A DNA stretch of 64,000 nucleotides from Octopus vulgaris (lineage: Eukaryota). Shown one piece after another: positions 38,704 through 51,858 of this stretch. Numbering within the stretch: the first letter of the stretch is position 1; every line of letters begins with the position of its first letter. The position numbers and the translations under genes were made by a program. Location: contig OX597828.1 of the NCBI GenBank assembly GCA_951406725.2, positions 14,322,001-14,386,000 of the forward strand, read 5' to 3'. Under the pieces are notes generated by a model. It worked only from the letters and a program-made list of their open reading frames with translations, did not search any database and was not told the origin of the DNA.

Positions 38704-39088
38704 GGAAGCACTCCGTCGGTTACGACGACGAGGGTTCCGGTTGATCCGAATCAACGGAACAGCCTGCTCGTGAAATTAACGTGTAAGTGGCTGAGCACTC
38801 CACAGACACGTGTACCCTTAACGTAGTTCTCGGGGATATTCAGCGTGACACAGAGAGTGACAAGGCCGGCCCTTTGAAATACAGGTACAACAGAAACAGG
38901 AAGTAAGAGTGAGAGAAGGTTGTGGTGAAAGAGTACAGCAGGGATCACCACCATCCCTTGCCGGAGCCTTGTGGAACTTTTAGGTGTTTTCGCTCAATAA
39001 ACACTCACAACGCCCGGTCTGGGAATCGAAACCGTGATCCTGTGACCGCGAGTCCGCTGCCCTAACCACTGGGCCATTGCGCCTCCAC
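38704..39088 (-). mobile_element. tRNA-Arg-headed SINE (family C, tail type 2)
   Basis: TSD agttgaattttt on both sides; tail gatcaaccggaaccctcgtcgtcgtaaccgacggagtgc. Confidence 0.9.
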
Positions 39089-39351
39089 AGTTGAATTTTT
39101 AACACACACGTGTATCCTTAAAGTAAGCTTCATGCAGAATCCGTGTGACGCAGTGTGCAACACAGTATGTCAGTAGTCTCCGACCTTTTTTTACACCACG
39201 GACTGGCTTCATGTGGGGAAATCTTTCCGCAGACCGGTAGTGGCATATATGTGCGTATTTTAAGGGCATTTCGACAAAGTGAACAACAATAAAAAGAGTA
39301 ATTTATTAACGGGAAGAAAAAGTGTATAATCGACTCTTATGTACCGAAATT

Positions 39352-39756
39352 GGATCTTTTCGGTTTGAACGGCAGTTTTTTCTAGCGGTGTCATATGAAA
39401 TTGTCACCCATAATTATGACCCTAGAATCGATCTATTGCATTTCAATCTGTTTTAGGGTTAGGGGAAGGGTATATTTTTTTCTTCACAAATATAAAGAAA
39501 CCCAATCTGTTTCTTAAACGAGGGACATATTCATACGGCACAGAATGCTTTTTAACTCAATAGACGTCAGTGATTGGTTGAAATTGCAGAAATTGAAGAA
39601 AAAACTCAACAAATATCTTACAAACTACAGAATTTTCTCAATAAAGCCAAGAGAAAAAGATGTTTTATAAACACATTCTACCAGTATACGAAGTTTAAAA
39701 GTGTTTAGTTAGGTGGAAATTATTTTAAAAAACTGCCGTTCAAACCGATAAGATCC
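39352..39756. mobile_element. Merlin-like MITE, copy 2
   Basis: TIRs start with GG; exact 8-bp TSD ccgaaatt (39344-51, 39757-64). Confidence 0.88.
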
Positions 39757-39968
39757 CCGAAATTATTTAAAATCTGAAAATTAGTAGGGATTATAAAGTT
39801 AGTTGAAAATTATTACAAATAAATAAAAATATACACTGATTGTAAAATGTACTTACAGTTATGAAAGATAGTTTTGAGTAGATGAATATGGAATATTTAA
39901 ACAAAGTTTTTAAAATTGAAGTCCAATATTAAATTTATCTAATATATATTTAAATAATTATTTCTTTG

Positions 39969-40221
39969 TGGAGGCACATAGCCTAGTGATTAGAGCAGCG
40001 GACTCGCGGTCGAGGGATCGCGAGTTCGAATCTCAGACCGTGTGTTTATGAGCGGCTCCGGCAGAAGGTAATGGCGAACTTCTGCTGACACTTTCACCAC
40101 AACTTTCTCTCACTCTTTCCTCTTGCAGCTCACCGGCGTCCCGTCCAGGTGGGGAACCTATACGCCAAGGAAACCGGGAAACCGGCCCTTATGAGCCATG
40201 GCTCGAGAAGGAACAAACAGC
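39969..40221 (+). mobile_element. Family-C SINE, tail type 1, internally deleted
   Basis: 13-bp TSD aattatttctttg (39956-68, 40222-34). Confidence 0.88.
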
Positions 40222-41796
40222 AATTATTTCTTTGCACCCCGGGAGCAAATGATCCATGGACCGGTGGTTGGGGACTTCTGCAGTATGTCACAAGGTTGTG
40301 TCTGCAGTTCAGAAGGCACAACCTTGTCACATACCTGTATTGGTGTCTTAATAAAGGCATCGTAAAATCTTTCCAAAAATTGTACAAGAAATGAGAATTT
40401 AAATTTAAACTTTACTTTTAATTTATATTTATCTGTCTTATTTGTTTGGCCTTTTTTACTTTTCAAATTTTACTTTTCAAATTTTCAAATGCAAACAATT
40501 AGGATGTTTCTAGAAACCTGGAGAGTCTATGTTTATGAGAAACCTTAAAGAAATAAAGAAAGAAGAAAAACAAAAGCAGGGGGCATACATTCATAAAGGA
40601 TTCAAGGTGTAAGAGGCATGCTCGTCAGTTTTCACGTTGGGATGTTTTCAGAAAACGAATTATATAAGAAGAGTTTTTTTCTTTACTCAGATTGTTACAC
40701 GACAGTCAGTACAATAAGCCATAGTTATCTCGGATTCCACAATGTTGGCTCAAATTGAGAAAATCTTAATATAACTATAATACTCCCTTCATTAAATATG
40801 TTAAGTACCAAAGCTTAACTATTATTTTTTCATGTAGATGACGTCTCTAAATTATTTAATCTCTAAACGTTTCAGTTTTCCTACGCCAATAAATGTAGAA
40901 TGGTGTACATTTATTTGGGATTTCTCCATCACCACTTCGACATCTTTGGTGAACAATATGTTTCGCTGATGAGGTCTCTTGTATATGACGAATTAATTCA
41001 AATAATATTAGTCATTTACTAATACATTTTCCTTTCCGTGTTTCTTCTTGTTAGCTTTTTTAATGCTCCCCGGATAAAATATAACCAGGCACACAAACAC
41101 ATATGGAATCTTTATGAACAGCTAAAGGCCGTTGAATAAATTTGAAACCGACAGAGTTGATTTCCTTAGTTAGAACAGTTTTCCCATGATCCAGTGAGAT
41201 GTACACCACAGAGCACAAAAACAGCACACAAAAATATTACTATCAATCCATTCAGATGATGACACCAAGAAGTCCGTGGAAGTTACAGACACACAAACAA
41301 ACACACACACATATATACATATACATATATACGACGGGCTTCTTTCAGTTTCCGTCTACCAAACCCATTCACAAGGCTTTGGTCAGCCCGAGGCCATAGT
41401 AGAAGAGACTTGCCCATGGTGCCACGCAGTAGGACTGAACCCGAAACCATGTGGTTGGTAATGTGTCTATTTTATGTGCATTAGTGTAAATATTGGTGTA
41501 TGTATATGTAGGAACACATCTGTGTGCGCGCGTGTGTGTACGTGTGTACGTGTGTAATTATATATCATTGGTCAGTGTTCACACATTCGCACACCCACAC
41601 ACATACACTCGTACACCCACGCGTACCCAAATACAGTCATGCGTGAAAATAACTGACTGCACCCAAAATTCTTTAACACAGAATTCTTTAACATTAAATT
41701 TTGGCTCAAAACAAGTCTTCGCTTGCCACAGGACCTTGATACATGTCAGTGACAATTATATGTATATCTGTATATATCTATGTTTGCCTATACATA

Positions 41797-42168
<372 letters not shown>

Positions 42169-42453
42169 GCTGGCACATGCATATATGTTGAGGTATATGC
42201 ATGTATGTACATGTATATATAATATCTATCTATACCTGTCTGTCTGCCTGTCTGTCTGCTTACCTGTCCGACCGTCCGTCTGTCTGTCTATAGATGTGTG
42301 GTAAGAAGGTTGCTTGCCAACTACATGGTGTAGGGTTCATTTACACTGCGTGGCACCTTGGGTAAGTGTTTTCTACTGTAGCCTCGAGTTGACCAAAACT
42401 TTGTGAGTAGATTTGGTAGAGGGAAACTGAAAGAAGCCCGTCGTATATATACA

Positions 42454-42489
<36 letters not shown>

Positions 42490-42512
<23 letters not shown>

Positions 42513-42534
42513 GAGTTTCTCTGTGTGTGTTTGT

Positions 42535-42572
<38 letters not shown>

Positions 42573-43364
42573 TTCTTATACATTCCAAAAGTGAGTTGCC
42601 GATTTTGACGTATGGGATGTCAAAAGATTCAGTAATCTCTCGGCTACCAAATAACTTTATTTTAATTTGCATATTTTCTACGTTATTTCGGCAACCAGAT
42701 ATAGTTATTTGAAAGACACTGCCCTGCAAAGACCAAGTTTCATTACAAAATGAAAATAGTTTCACACTTTCAATTTGAACCAAAATGACAAAGTGTTGCA
42801 TTACGAGAGTGACGATGTGTGAAATAATCCCTTGTATCATAGGCACAAGGCCTGAAATTTGAGGATGTGGGCTAGCCGATTACATCGACCCCAGTACTCA
42901 AATGATACTTAATTTATCGACCCCGAAAGGATGAGAAGCAAAGTCGGCCTCGGCGGAATTTGAATTCAGAACGTAGCGACATCCAGCGTGCTAAAAATTC
43001 TGCCAGCTCGCCGCCTTGACGATGCGTGAATAACGAAAGTAATGTTTCCCCGAATTAGTCACATCTGTACCATAAAAAAGGAAGTTATAATAAATAAACA
43101 ATGCTTTTGACACAACACCTCTTTTTTACTTCTAAAATTACCTTGGAAACGAGATCGAGTTGCACAATTTTGAGGTCATTTTCGGGCAATATATCGATTT
43201 GTTTCTAATGTTTCACTTTCGTCCAATGTTTCACGCATGCGTAGAATTCTACTCAGACAAACATTTATGAAAATAAACACATAAATATTATATTAATATA
43301 AACCACAACCAAAACAATTTCATACACAGACATCCATTTCTCTATATGCTATGAGGAAACACAG

Positions 43365-43458
<94 letters not shown>

Positions 43459-45039
43459 ACATGTACACACATACATACATGCAAAAAGATGCATGCATAT
43501 GTATTTATGTACGTGTATATGAAGGATAATGTGTGTGTGAGAGAGAGAGAGAGTGCCACTTACACATACATGCAAAAAATATATACATGACAACACACAC
43601 CTTCACTCACTCACTCACTCACTCACTCACTCAATCTTTCTCTCTGTCTCACGCACACGCATCCACGCACATACACATTCATGTCCATTTCATATACACG
43701 TACATACATCTTTCACTTTCTTCTCTCTTTCACTTTTTGCTCTCACTTCAAAGCAAATGTCGCCTTTTCACTTTCTCCTCTCTTTGCATTTCTACTCTCT
43801 TCAAAGCCTCTTTACGGAAATTAACGAACAATCATATGATCCCATATGATCAAACGTATGATCAAGTTGATAACTTTGCTGATTCAAACGAAAGGATGCC
43901 ATGAAATAACTTCCTTTGAACCCCCCCCCCCCCCCCTCTAGGTAAAACTTCTGTGCTAGTTATGTTATTTCTTGCTTGTGAACGCGCAAAATTACGGCTC
44001 AAATCCAATTGAAATGACCCTTTTCTGTTTTGTAATTCGCGTTTGTGATGAGCGTATTTAAAAACCTGATATTCGATATAAACTTGAAGAAGCTTTTCCT
44101 GAAATCCTGTCCTTTACTTGTTTCTGGCATGTCCACGGTGACATTTGTGCCCGCTCTTATTTTTTTTCCTAAATTTCTTCCGACTCCTGTTTTCGATACA
44201 GTAGATTCAACCCCAAACACGTTCTCAATATTTTAAGTTTCTCCCTCACCACCCCAATTTCTTCGTTTTTACTTTTTTCCAATTTTGTTTTTTCTTGGTA
44301 ATCCACAGAGAGAAAAAAAACAGAGTACGAATCTTTAAGAATTTTCTTCTTCCCTTTTTCTTAAAGAAACACTAAAATCTCCTTCCCATCCACCCACCAC
44401 CTCACCACTTTCAAAAAGCGACAAACTCCCGATGTTCTGCTTTTAGCTTTTTGGAAAGCGGGGAAGTTTCTTCAGAAATAATGTCGTTTACCTGTTGTTT
44501 CTAGCATGTCGGGTTTTCTGGTGGCGGTCTGGAATTTTTTATGTATGCTATTTTAGTACAATTCTATGCAGGTGTGAAACATCAGACAAAAGTGAAACAT
44601 TGGGAGATTTTAGCTTTTTGAAAGCGGGTAGGTGATGGGGTGGGCGAGGTGTGAGAAGGAGCATTGAATTGTTTCTTTAAGAAAAATTAAACTTAAAAAA
44701 AAATCCGGAAAAAGTTACAAATTAAGAAATTGGGGACGAGGTGGGGAGAGATTAAAATTTTGTAAACGTGATTTCTGGGCAAAATTGTATTAACTCCCTT
44801 TTATACGATGAAACAATACATAGTTTGTGATTCTTCTTAAGAACAGGAAGCACTTTCATGCAAACCCATGCAAATTGTACCCTCACCTTCACTTTTAAAC
44901 AAACAATAACTTCCATTACGCCAGCAATCCAGTTCACTACATATCAGCTGTGCCGGTTCTGCCCATAAGAAAGGTACAAATAATAATATAATGTGGCCAT
45001 AGGTCATAACACTCGGGCAACGCCGGGATGCATTGCTAG
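42490..45039 (+). mobile_element. Non-autonomous Helitron (~2.5 kb) splitting a SINE A
   Basis: 3' hairpin cgggcaacgccggg then CTAG|T at 45036-40. The 5' end tatatataaaagagag..gtgtg merges into (TA)n, so the start is approximate. Host SINE A halves lie at 42295-42450 and 45040-45190. Confidence 0.65.
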
Positions 45040-45190
45040 TGTGTGTGTGTGTTTCTTTTTGTCTCCCATCACCGCTTGGCAACCGGTGATGGTGTGTTTG
45101 CGTCTCTGTAACTCAGCGGTTCTGCAACTGGGTCAATAGAATAAAAATTAGACTTAAAGAAATAAGTCCTGGGGTCGATTTGGTCGACTA

Positions 45191-45337
45191 CAGTACATTG
45201 CGGCTTTTTCTGGCTAGTATATGTAATTTTATATCGCGGGATTTTGCGGCCGATAGCTATTAATATTTTTTTAGATTTTAATTATTTCTGTGGGAGGTTT
45301 TGGAACAGAAGATCCGCGATAGTCGAGGGATTACTGT
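45191..45337. mobile_element. pogo/Tigger-type MITE, partly deleted
   Basis: TA|cagta...ccgcgatagtcgagggattactg|TA; inserted at the TA of the SINE A motif gtcgacta. Confidence 0.65.
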
Positions 45338-45342
45338 ATATA

Positions 45343-45452
<110 letters not shown>

Positions 45453-45504
45453 TAGAGAGTGAAAGAAAGATAGAGGGAGAAGTCGCCGTATTTAATTCCA
45501 TAAC

Positions 45505-45596
45505 GGCTACCTCTGATGAGTGCAGGGTTACACAATCGGACCGTTAACTAACACTCCGTTGAACCCCTAGTGCGAAACCGACAGGTAAGATCGGCC
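45505..45596 (+). ncRNA. Type-I hammerhead ribozyme motif with extended stem II
   Basis: Core CTGATGA (45513-19); stem II gtgcagggtt...aacccctagtgc enclosing caatcgga/tccgttg and gtta/taac; GAAA (45574-77); stem III cc-gaca-gg; GTA triplet (45585-87); imperfect stem I ggctacct/agatcggcc. Confidence 0.6.
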
Positions 45597-45625
45597 CTAA
45601 TGGATATATAATTCAGTGCACTTTG

Positions 45626-45659
<34 letters not shown>

Positions 45660-46677
45660 GGTTTCGAATGTCCTGTCCGTGTTTATTGTATCGTCTTCTA
45701 AGAGTTATACGTTCTTGTCCATGTTGTATTTTTCTACATACCTTAATATATATATATACATACGTGCTTTTGTGTGTGTGTGTGTGTGTGTGAACGTTCG
45801 AGCAAAAGGGAAAAATATGACCAGGAAGAGAAAAGGAAAAATATCATTAGACATAGTCGAAAACATTCCGCCAATTCTTCTCTGTTGATACGTAAAATTC
45901 TAATATCTTCAGAAGCAGTGGCAACACTCACACCTTAGTTAGACGTCAATAAAATGTCGCATATATGAAATTTCTTTCAGACAGTCGTAAATCGAATTAA
46001 TCACACACTGGGTGTTTTCGTACATGTTTTGCAAAGGAGGTTAGGTTCATTCGAACTGTTTTATGAATATGGTGCTGGTTTTATGAACACATCCTGCAGT
46101 GCTTTGTCACAAGCTATTTTTAGGGTTATTACAATGCTTTAGAAATGTATAGATATCAAGTAATTTATTTTCATAACTTAGTCACAGAGACGATTTTTTT
46201 TTTATTTTGGCACGGGGGCGGGGCTCTGTGATTGGTGGAAATAGGAAAAGGAAGTTATAGTCACACAGGAAATCTGATCCGAAAGCTCATAATAAATGAA
46301 CCCTCGTAAAGGCACTCAAGGGTCAGGTGGTGGTGTTATATTAAATGATATATTAAACTTACAGTAGAAAAGTATACTCTCTATGTATGATGTCCATTTT
46401 TAAGGCGGCGAGCTGGCAGAATGGTTAGCAAGCCGGGCAAAATGCTAAGCGACATTTCATCCGTCTTTACGTTCTCAGTTCAAATTCCGCTGAGGTCGAT
46501 TTTTGCCCTTCATCCTTTTGAGGTCGATAAAATAAGTGACCGTTGAACACTGGGGTCGATGTATTCGGCTTATCCTCTCCCCCGAACTTCCTGGCGTTGT
46601 GCCAACATTTGAAATCAATATGATATCTGTTTTTAGTCCAGCCATCTCTTCTGCCACTGTTGTTATTGTTGTTGCTG

Positions 46678-47050
46678 ATGTTTGTTTGTTTGTTGAGCAA
46701 AACGGCCTTCGTCCCAGTGGGAGAAGTCCGAAACGTGGTCCTTTGCTATTCGTAAGACCCGCAGAAGAGAAAGCAGGTCAAACCCCGACACCGAGAGCAT
46801 CGACGGATGGATGAATGCGCAACCAGGCTCAGCGGTTGCGTAGGAAGTCGGGGACAAGAAACAGGAAGAAAGAGTGAGAGAAAATTGGGACGAAAGAGTA
46901 CAACAAGGGTCGCCACCACCCCCTGCCGGAGACTCGTGGAGCTTCGGTGTTTTCGCTCAATAAACACACACAACGCCCGGTCTGGGAATCGAAACTGCGA
47001 TCCTATAACCGCGAGTCCGCTGCCCTAATCACTGGGCCATTGCGTCTCCA
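46678..47050 (-). mobile_element. tRNA-Arg-headed SINE (family C, tail type 4)
   Basis: Same head; unique tail ...ggaccacgtttcggacttctcccactgggacgaaggccgttttgctc(AAAC)n. Confidence 0.85.
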
Positions 47051-47448
47051 TTGTTGTTGCTGTTGTTATTGTTGTTAATATCGATGTTGTTGCTGTTGAT
47101 GTTGTTACTATTGTTGTAGTATCGTTTGCGCTGTTTTTGCTATTGGTATCGTTGGTGTTGCTGCGTGGAGCAATTATAAGTTTTGTTGAATCCTGGATTT
47201 CATCAGATAGAAAAAAATCATATGTTGCTATTTTGCTACACATGCAAATAACTTACAAAGTTGGGTGGAATGTATTTGCAAGAATCAAGAATTTTAACCA
47301 TGGACACAAAGCAGGGCCTGTATACGAACCTATCATCTTTTGGCCATTGGTCTTCTTTAAAATCATCAAATGAGATGTATCAGTGAAAAAATTTAGTTTT
47401 ACAATTTGTTTTATTTATAGCTGCTTTATTTTTACCTTAATCTTTATT

Positions 47449-48338
47449 CAGGGTGCGGTGAATAAACTGTTGTCCAAATTACGCAAAAATGAAAATAACA
47501 CTTACATCTCATTTTAACATTTATATTCACCAAAATTGCATAAAAAATATCGTGAAATACTAAAGAGTAAATTTATTCAATAAAATTGCCATTGGCTTCA
47601 ACCACGGCCTCCAGGCGACTTCAGAATCTCCTACAACTATTCTGGACAGTTTCTTTGTTTAAGTTGGTGAATACTGCCATAATCCTTGCCTTCAGTTCAT
47701 CTTTGGTGTTACAAGGAGTTTTGTTGGTCTCTCACTCAACTGCGCCCCACACATAATAATCAAGGGGGTTGCAGTCTGGGGAGTTAGGTGGTCAGATGTT
47801 AGGGGTGATGTGGTTGCAGAAATTGTCTGACAGCCATGACTGGGTTCTCCTACATGTGTGGCATGGTGTAGAGTCCTGTTGCCAGGCATCGGGTCTTCCA
47901 ACAGCCACCCTCTTCACTCAGGGCAGCACTACCTCCTCCAGGCACTTGATGTAGGCCTTTGTGTTGTGTCTGAGGCCGTGTGGGGAGATGAATGGAGGCA
48001 TAACGTCGCTGTCACTAGTGATCACTCCAAACACTATAATGTTGACTGGATGTTTGATTTTTATCACTCTCGGTACATGTCCTCAGATTGCACTATCCTC
48101 AGATTGACATCCAAACACTCTGAAATGTTTGTATTAGAGCTTCCAGTGCGAATTCCAAGCAGTACAGTATGTCGTTTCCAAATTTCTGGCAGAGTGAATT
48201 GCATCATGGTGCTGTTTCTCTCACGGACGGTGTCCAAATGACCTTACTAGACTGTGCAGTCGACAAAATCAAAAACAATCAATGTGCATGCGTGAAATGA
48301 AGAACATAAAATGGCGACAATTTACCCACCGCACCCTG
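47449..48338 (-). mobile_element. Internally deleted maT (DD37D) transposon
   Basis: TIRs cagggtgcggtg / caccgcaccctg. Translation WQQD-STPCHTCRRTQSWLSDNFCNHITPNI*PPNSPDCNPL-DYYVW has exactly 37 residues between the 2nd and 3rd catalytic Asp. Several TGA stops. Confidence 0.9.
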
Positions 48339-49339
48339 TTTACGTATACATTTATGAATGCATAAGTACTGTCTTAAAAATAACAAAAATACAACAAAAA
48401 CGAAAACAACCAGAAACAACAACAACAACAATACTACCAACACCAGACTGCTAACAACAGCATTAAGAAGAAGAACAACAACAACCGTATAAAAGCTTCA
48501 TTATTGCAATACTAGATTGTAAAAGAACGCCACGTTTCTATCCGGAGTGAAATGTTCTGGCCACCAGCTTCTGAACAAGAAAAGGTTTTAAGTTTTAAAT
48601 AGAGAAATATCAATGAGTCTTTGTTAAACGTATGGTTCTGTGTGATAGCTAACGTCCCTCTCCCTCCCTCCCTTCCTTCTCTCTCTTTTTCTGTCTCTAT
48701 CTACCTTTCTATCTTTATACACACACGTGTGTAGTGTGTGACTGTCTATGCATATGTATATGTATGTACACACACACACAAACATACGCACACACATACA
48801 TACACATATATATATATACATATAGAGGCACGCACATACACATGCATGTAGGAGCATTCCCATTACTGCTTTGAATATTGAGCTTAAGAATTTGATTTAC
48901 TGCGGTATGGTGTCGGTATACCTGCAGCAGAGCGCATTAAACATGGTTGTACATGACTTTATCTTCATCAACACTGTTTTGTGCGACCCTAATCATTTAT
49001 TTCAGCTTAACCAAACTTCACGCGCATCAAAAAATACGCAATTTACTGTTCTTGTGAATAAGGAATCTGTTTTATGTAGGGCTATGAAAGACGAATTAGG
49101 TATTCGTAGCTGACGACGCCCAAGAGTGCAGATAGACATGCGTTCTACGATCTGAAGACGTCGTGCATAGCTCGATATCTTTTTATATATTTCGTCTGTG
49201 AAGAGAATTTTCTCCTGGGATTTCTCCGCAGCAAAAGCTCTTCCCATGTCCGAGTTCATACGAACAACTTAAATACGTTTTCGTACCTATTCTCACTTAT
49301 GGTTATAAATGATTAGTAACAACCAAAAGACTACAATCA

Positions 49340-49695
49340 CAAATACAAGCAGCCGAGGTTCGGGATTCGTCCGGAGGATCTCTGGATTAACGTTAATCGA
49401 CAAGGTACGTAGCGCAGAGATCAGGGAGTATCTCCAAGTTGAGCTGCTACTTCTCCGCATTAAAAGGTCACAGTTCCCGTACTACCGATTGTGATTAGAA
49501 TGTTACAGAAAAGTGTCTCAACATATATTCTCGAAGCCGAGCCAACTGGCATGAAACTTAGGGGTAGCTAAGAAGGAGCTGATTGGATGATATTCATAGC
49601 CTCGGTTTGGATACACTTAGGAATCTAGCTGAAAGTGTGGTGACGGTTGTTTCTGATAGAAACCTATGGAGGAGGCGCCTGAGGGCTCTGCCTCC
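49340..49695 (+). mobile_element. RTE-clade LINE 3' fragment
   Basis: IQAAEV.GFVRRISGLTLIDKVRSAEIREYLQVELLLLRIKRSQ...ILEAEPTG...SDRNLWRRRLRAL. Confidence 0.8.
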
Positions 49696-50058
49696 TCAAA
49701 TATCCTAGGAGTAGTGGGTACATGGATGATAGTGGGTACATGGATGATAGTGGGTAAATGGAAAATAGTAGTAGATGGACAGGGACGCCTATATAGTAAC
49801 ATATAAATTGCTATACTCTTTACTCTTTTACTCGTTTCAGTCAGTTGACTGCTGCCATACTGGAGCACCGCCTTTAGTCGAGCAAATCGACCCCAGGACT
49901 TATTTTTGTAAGCCTAGTATTTATTCTATGGTCTCTTTTGCCGAACCGCTAAGTTACGGGGACGTAAACACACCAGCATCGGTTGTCAAGCGATGTTCGG
50001 GGAGACAAACACAGACACACAAACACACACACACACACATACATATATACATATACAT

Positions 50059-50107
<49 letters not shown>

Positions 50108-50304
50108 CGCGATAGTACGACAGGCTTCTTTCAGTTTCCGTCTACCAAATCCACTCACAAGGCTTTGGTCGGCCCGAGGCTACAGAAGACACTTGCCCAA
50201 GGGTCTACGCAGTGGGACTGAACTCGGAACCATGTGGTTAGTAAGCAAGCTACTTACCACACAGCCACTCCTGCACCTATTCTATATATAGAACACCCTA
50301 CTCC

Positions 50305-50612
50305 CTAAGCGTGGTTTAGTGGTTAGGGTATTTGGCTCCCGATTTTAAGGTCGTAGTTTCGGTTCCCAGCGGTGCGTTCTGTCCTTGAGCAAGACACTTT
50401 ACTTCACGTTGCTTCAGTCCACTCAGTTGGACTGTATTTCGAAGGACCAGCCTTATCATATTCTGTGTCACGCTAAATCTCCTTTGGAACTACGTTAAGG
50501 GTACGTGTGTCTGTGGAGTGCTATGCCACTTGCACGTTAAATTTCACGGACAGGCTATTCCATTGATCGGATCAACTGGAACCGTCGACGTCGTAACCGA
50601 CAGACTGCCAAT
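50305..50612 (+). mobile_element. SINE with family-D head and family-C type-2 tail
   Basis: tccttgagcaagacacttt core (as in 54574-54916) joined to ...gatcaactggaaccgtcgacgtcgtaaccgac (as in 38704-39088). Confidence 0.75.
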
Positions 50613-51111
50613 TTTTAAATTTTTTTATTTAATTGAGTTAAAACTCAGGAGTTGTTAGTATAGACGGAGAGGTATATTACAAAATTGCTTGTTGAATCGC
50701 ATCATGTGGTTGTTCTGTGATGGAGACATTTTAAATTAAGAGAAGCTACATGATTGTGACGAGGATGATCATTATATTGGCACTAAGACAAAAGAAAGAA
50801 TCTGTAAGTGAAGAACACGCGATGCCAGTAATATTCCAAAGCACACGACAATTGCTGCAAATGCTTTTGTAGGTCAATAAACTCGTTAAAAAAATGAATA
50901 CTACGTCCAATTTGTTTGTTTGTTTGTTTCAGTAGCAACAAGAACAACAACATAAAGTGGCGAACTGAAAGAGTTATCTGGGTAACAGATAAAATTTCCT
51001 TGCAATATCTCAGAGTTCCAAAGTTCAAATCTAAGTAAGGTAAACTTTATTTTATGTTGTTTCGGAACTCATAAATGAAATACCAGAACAATGATCAATT
51101 TTTCTTTCCCA

Positions 51112-51116
51112 CGTTT

Positions 51117-51172
<56 letters not shown>

Positions 51173-51308
51173 TCCTTCTTTCTTCTTTTCTTTCTTTCCT
51201 TCTTTCTTTCTTTCATTTCTTTCTTTCCCTCTTTCTTTCTTTCTTTCTTCATTTCTTTCCTCCTTTCTTTCCTTCTTTCTTTCCCTCTTTCTTCCCTTCT
51301 TTCCTTTT

Positions 51309-51349
<41 letters not shown>

Positions 51350-51415
51350 TTGTCTTCCCTTCTTCCCTTCTTCTCTTCTTCCGTCTTCCCTTCTTTCTTC
51401 CCTTCTTTCATTCAT

Positions 51416-51448
<33 letters not shown>

Positions 51449-51689
51449 ATTTCTTTCTTCCTTTCTTTCCTTCTTTCTTTCCCTCTTTCTTCCCTTCTTT
51501 CCTTTTTCCTTCTTTCTTTCTTTCTTTCTTTCTTTCCTTCCTTCTTTCTTACTTTCTTTCTTCTTGTCTTCCCTTCTTCCCTTCTTTTCTTCTTCCGTCT
51601 TCCCTTTTTTCTTCCCTTCTTTCATTCTTTCTTTCTTTCTTTCTTCCTTCCCTTCTTCCTTCTTCCCTTCGTCCCTTCTTGTCTTCCCT

Positions 51690-51767
<78 letters not shown>

Positions 51768-51810
51768 CCCCTTTCTTCTCTTCTTTCTTCTCTTCTTTCT
51801 TTTACTTTTC
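51112..51810. repeat. ~700-bp polypyrimidine (CTTT/CTT)n tract with ~185-bp higher-order duplication
   Basis: Block cttcttgtcttcccttcttcccttc recurs at ~51346 and ~51560, with a shorter copy at ~51677. Confidence 0.92.
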
Positions 51811-51858
51811 ATATTCATTTTTCGGAAAAATTAAACCCTTAATTTTTATTTTCCGTTT

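Larger units (their letters stand above)
39171..40280. mobile_element. hAT (Charlie-like) non-autonomous element with two nested insertions
   Basis: Termini cagtagtctccgacc / ggttggggacttctg and an exact 8-bp TSD cagtatgt (39163-70, 40281-88). Confidence 0.85.

Noticed and set aside
49713-49775. Regularly spaced 18-bp repeats (CRISPR-like at a glance)
   Set aside because: Head-to-tail minisatellite without spacers; no cas genes and eukaryotic context.
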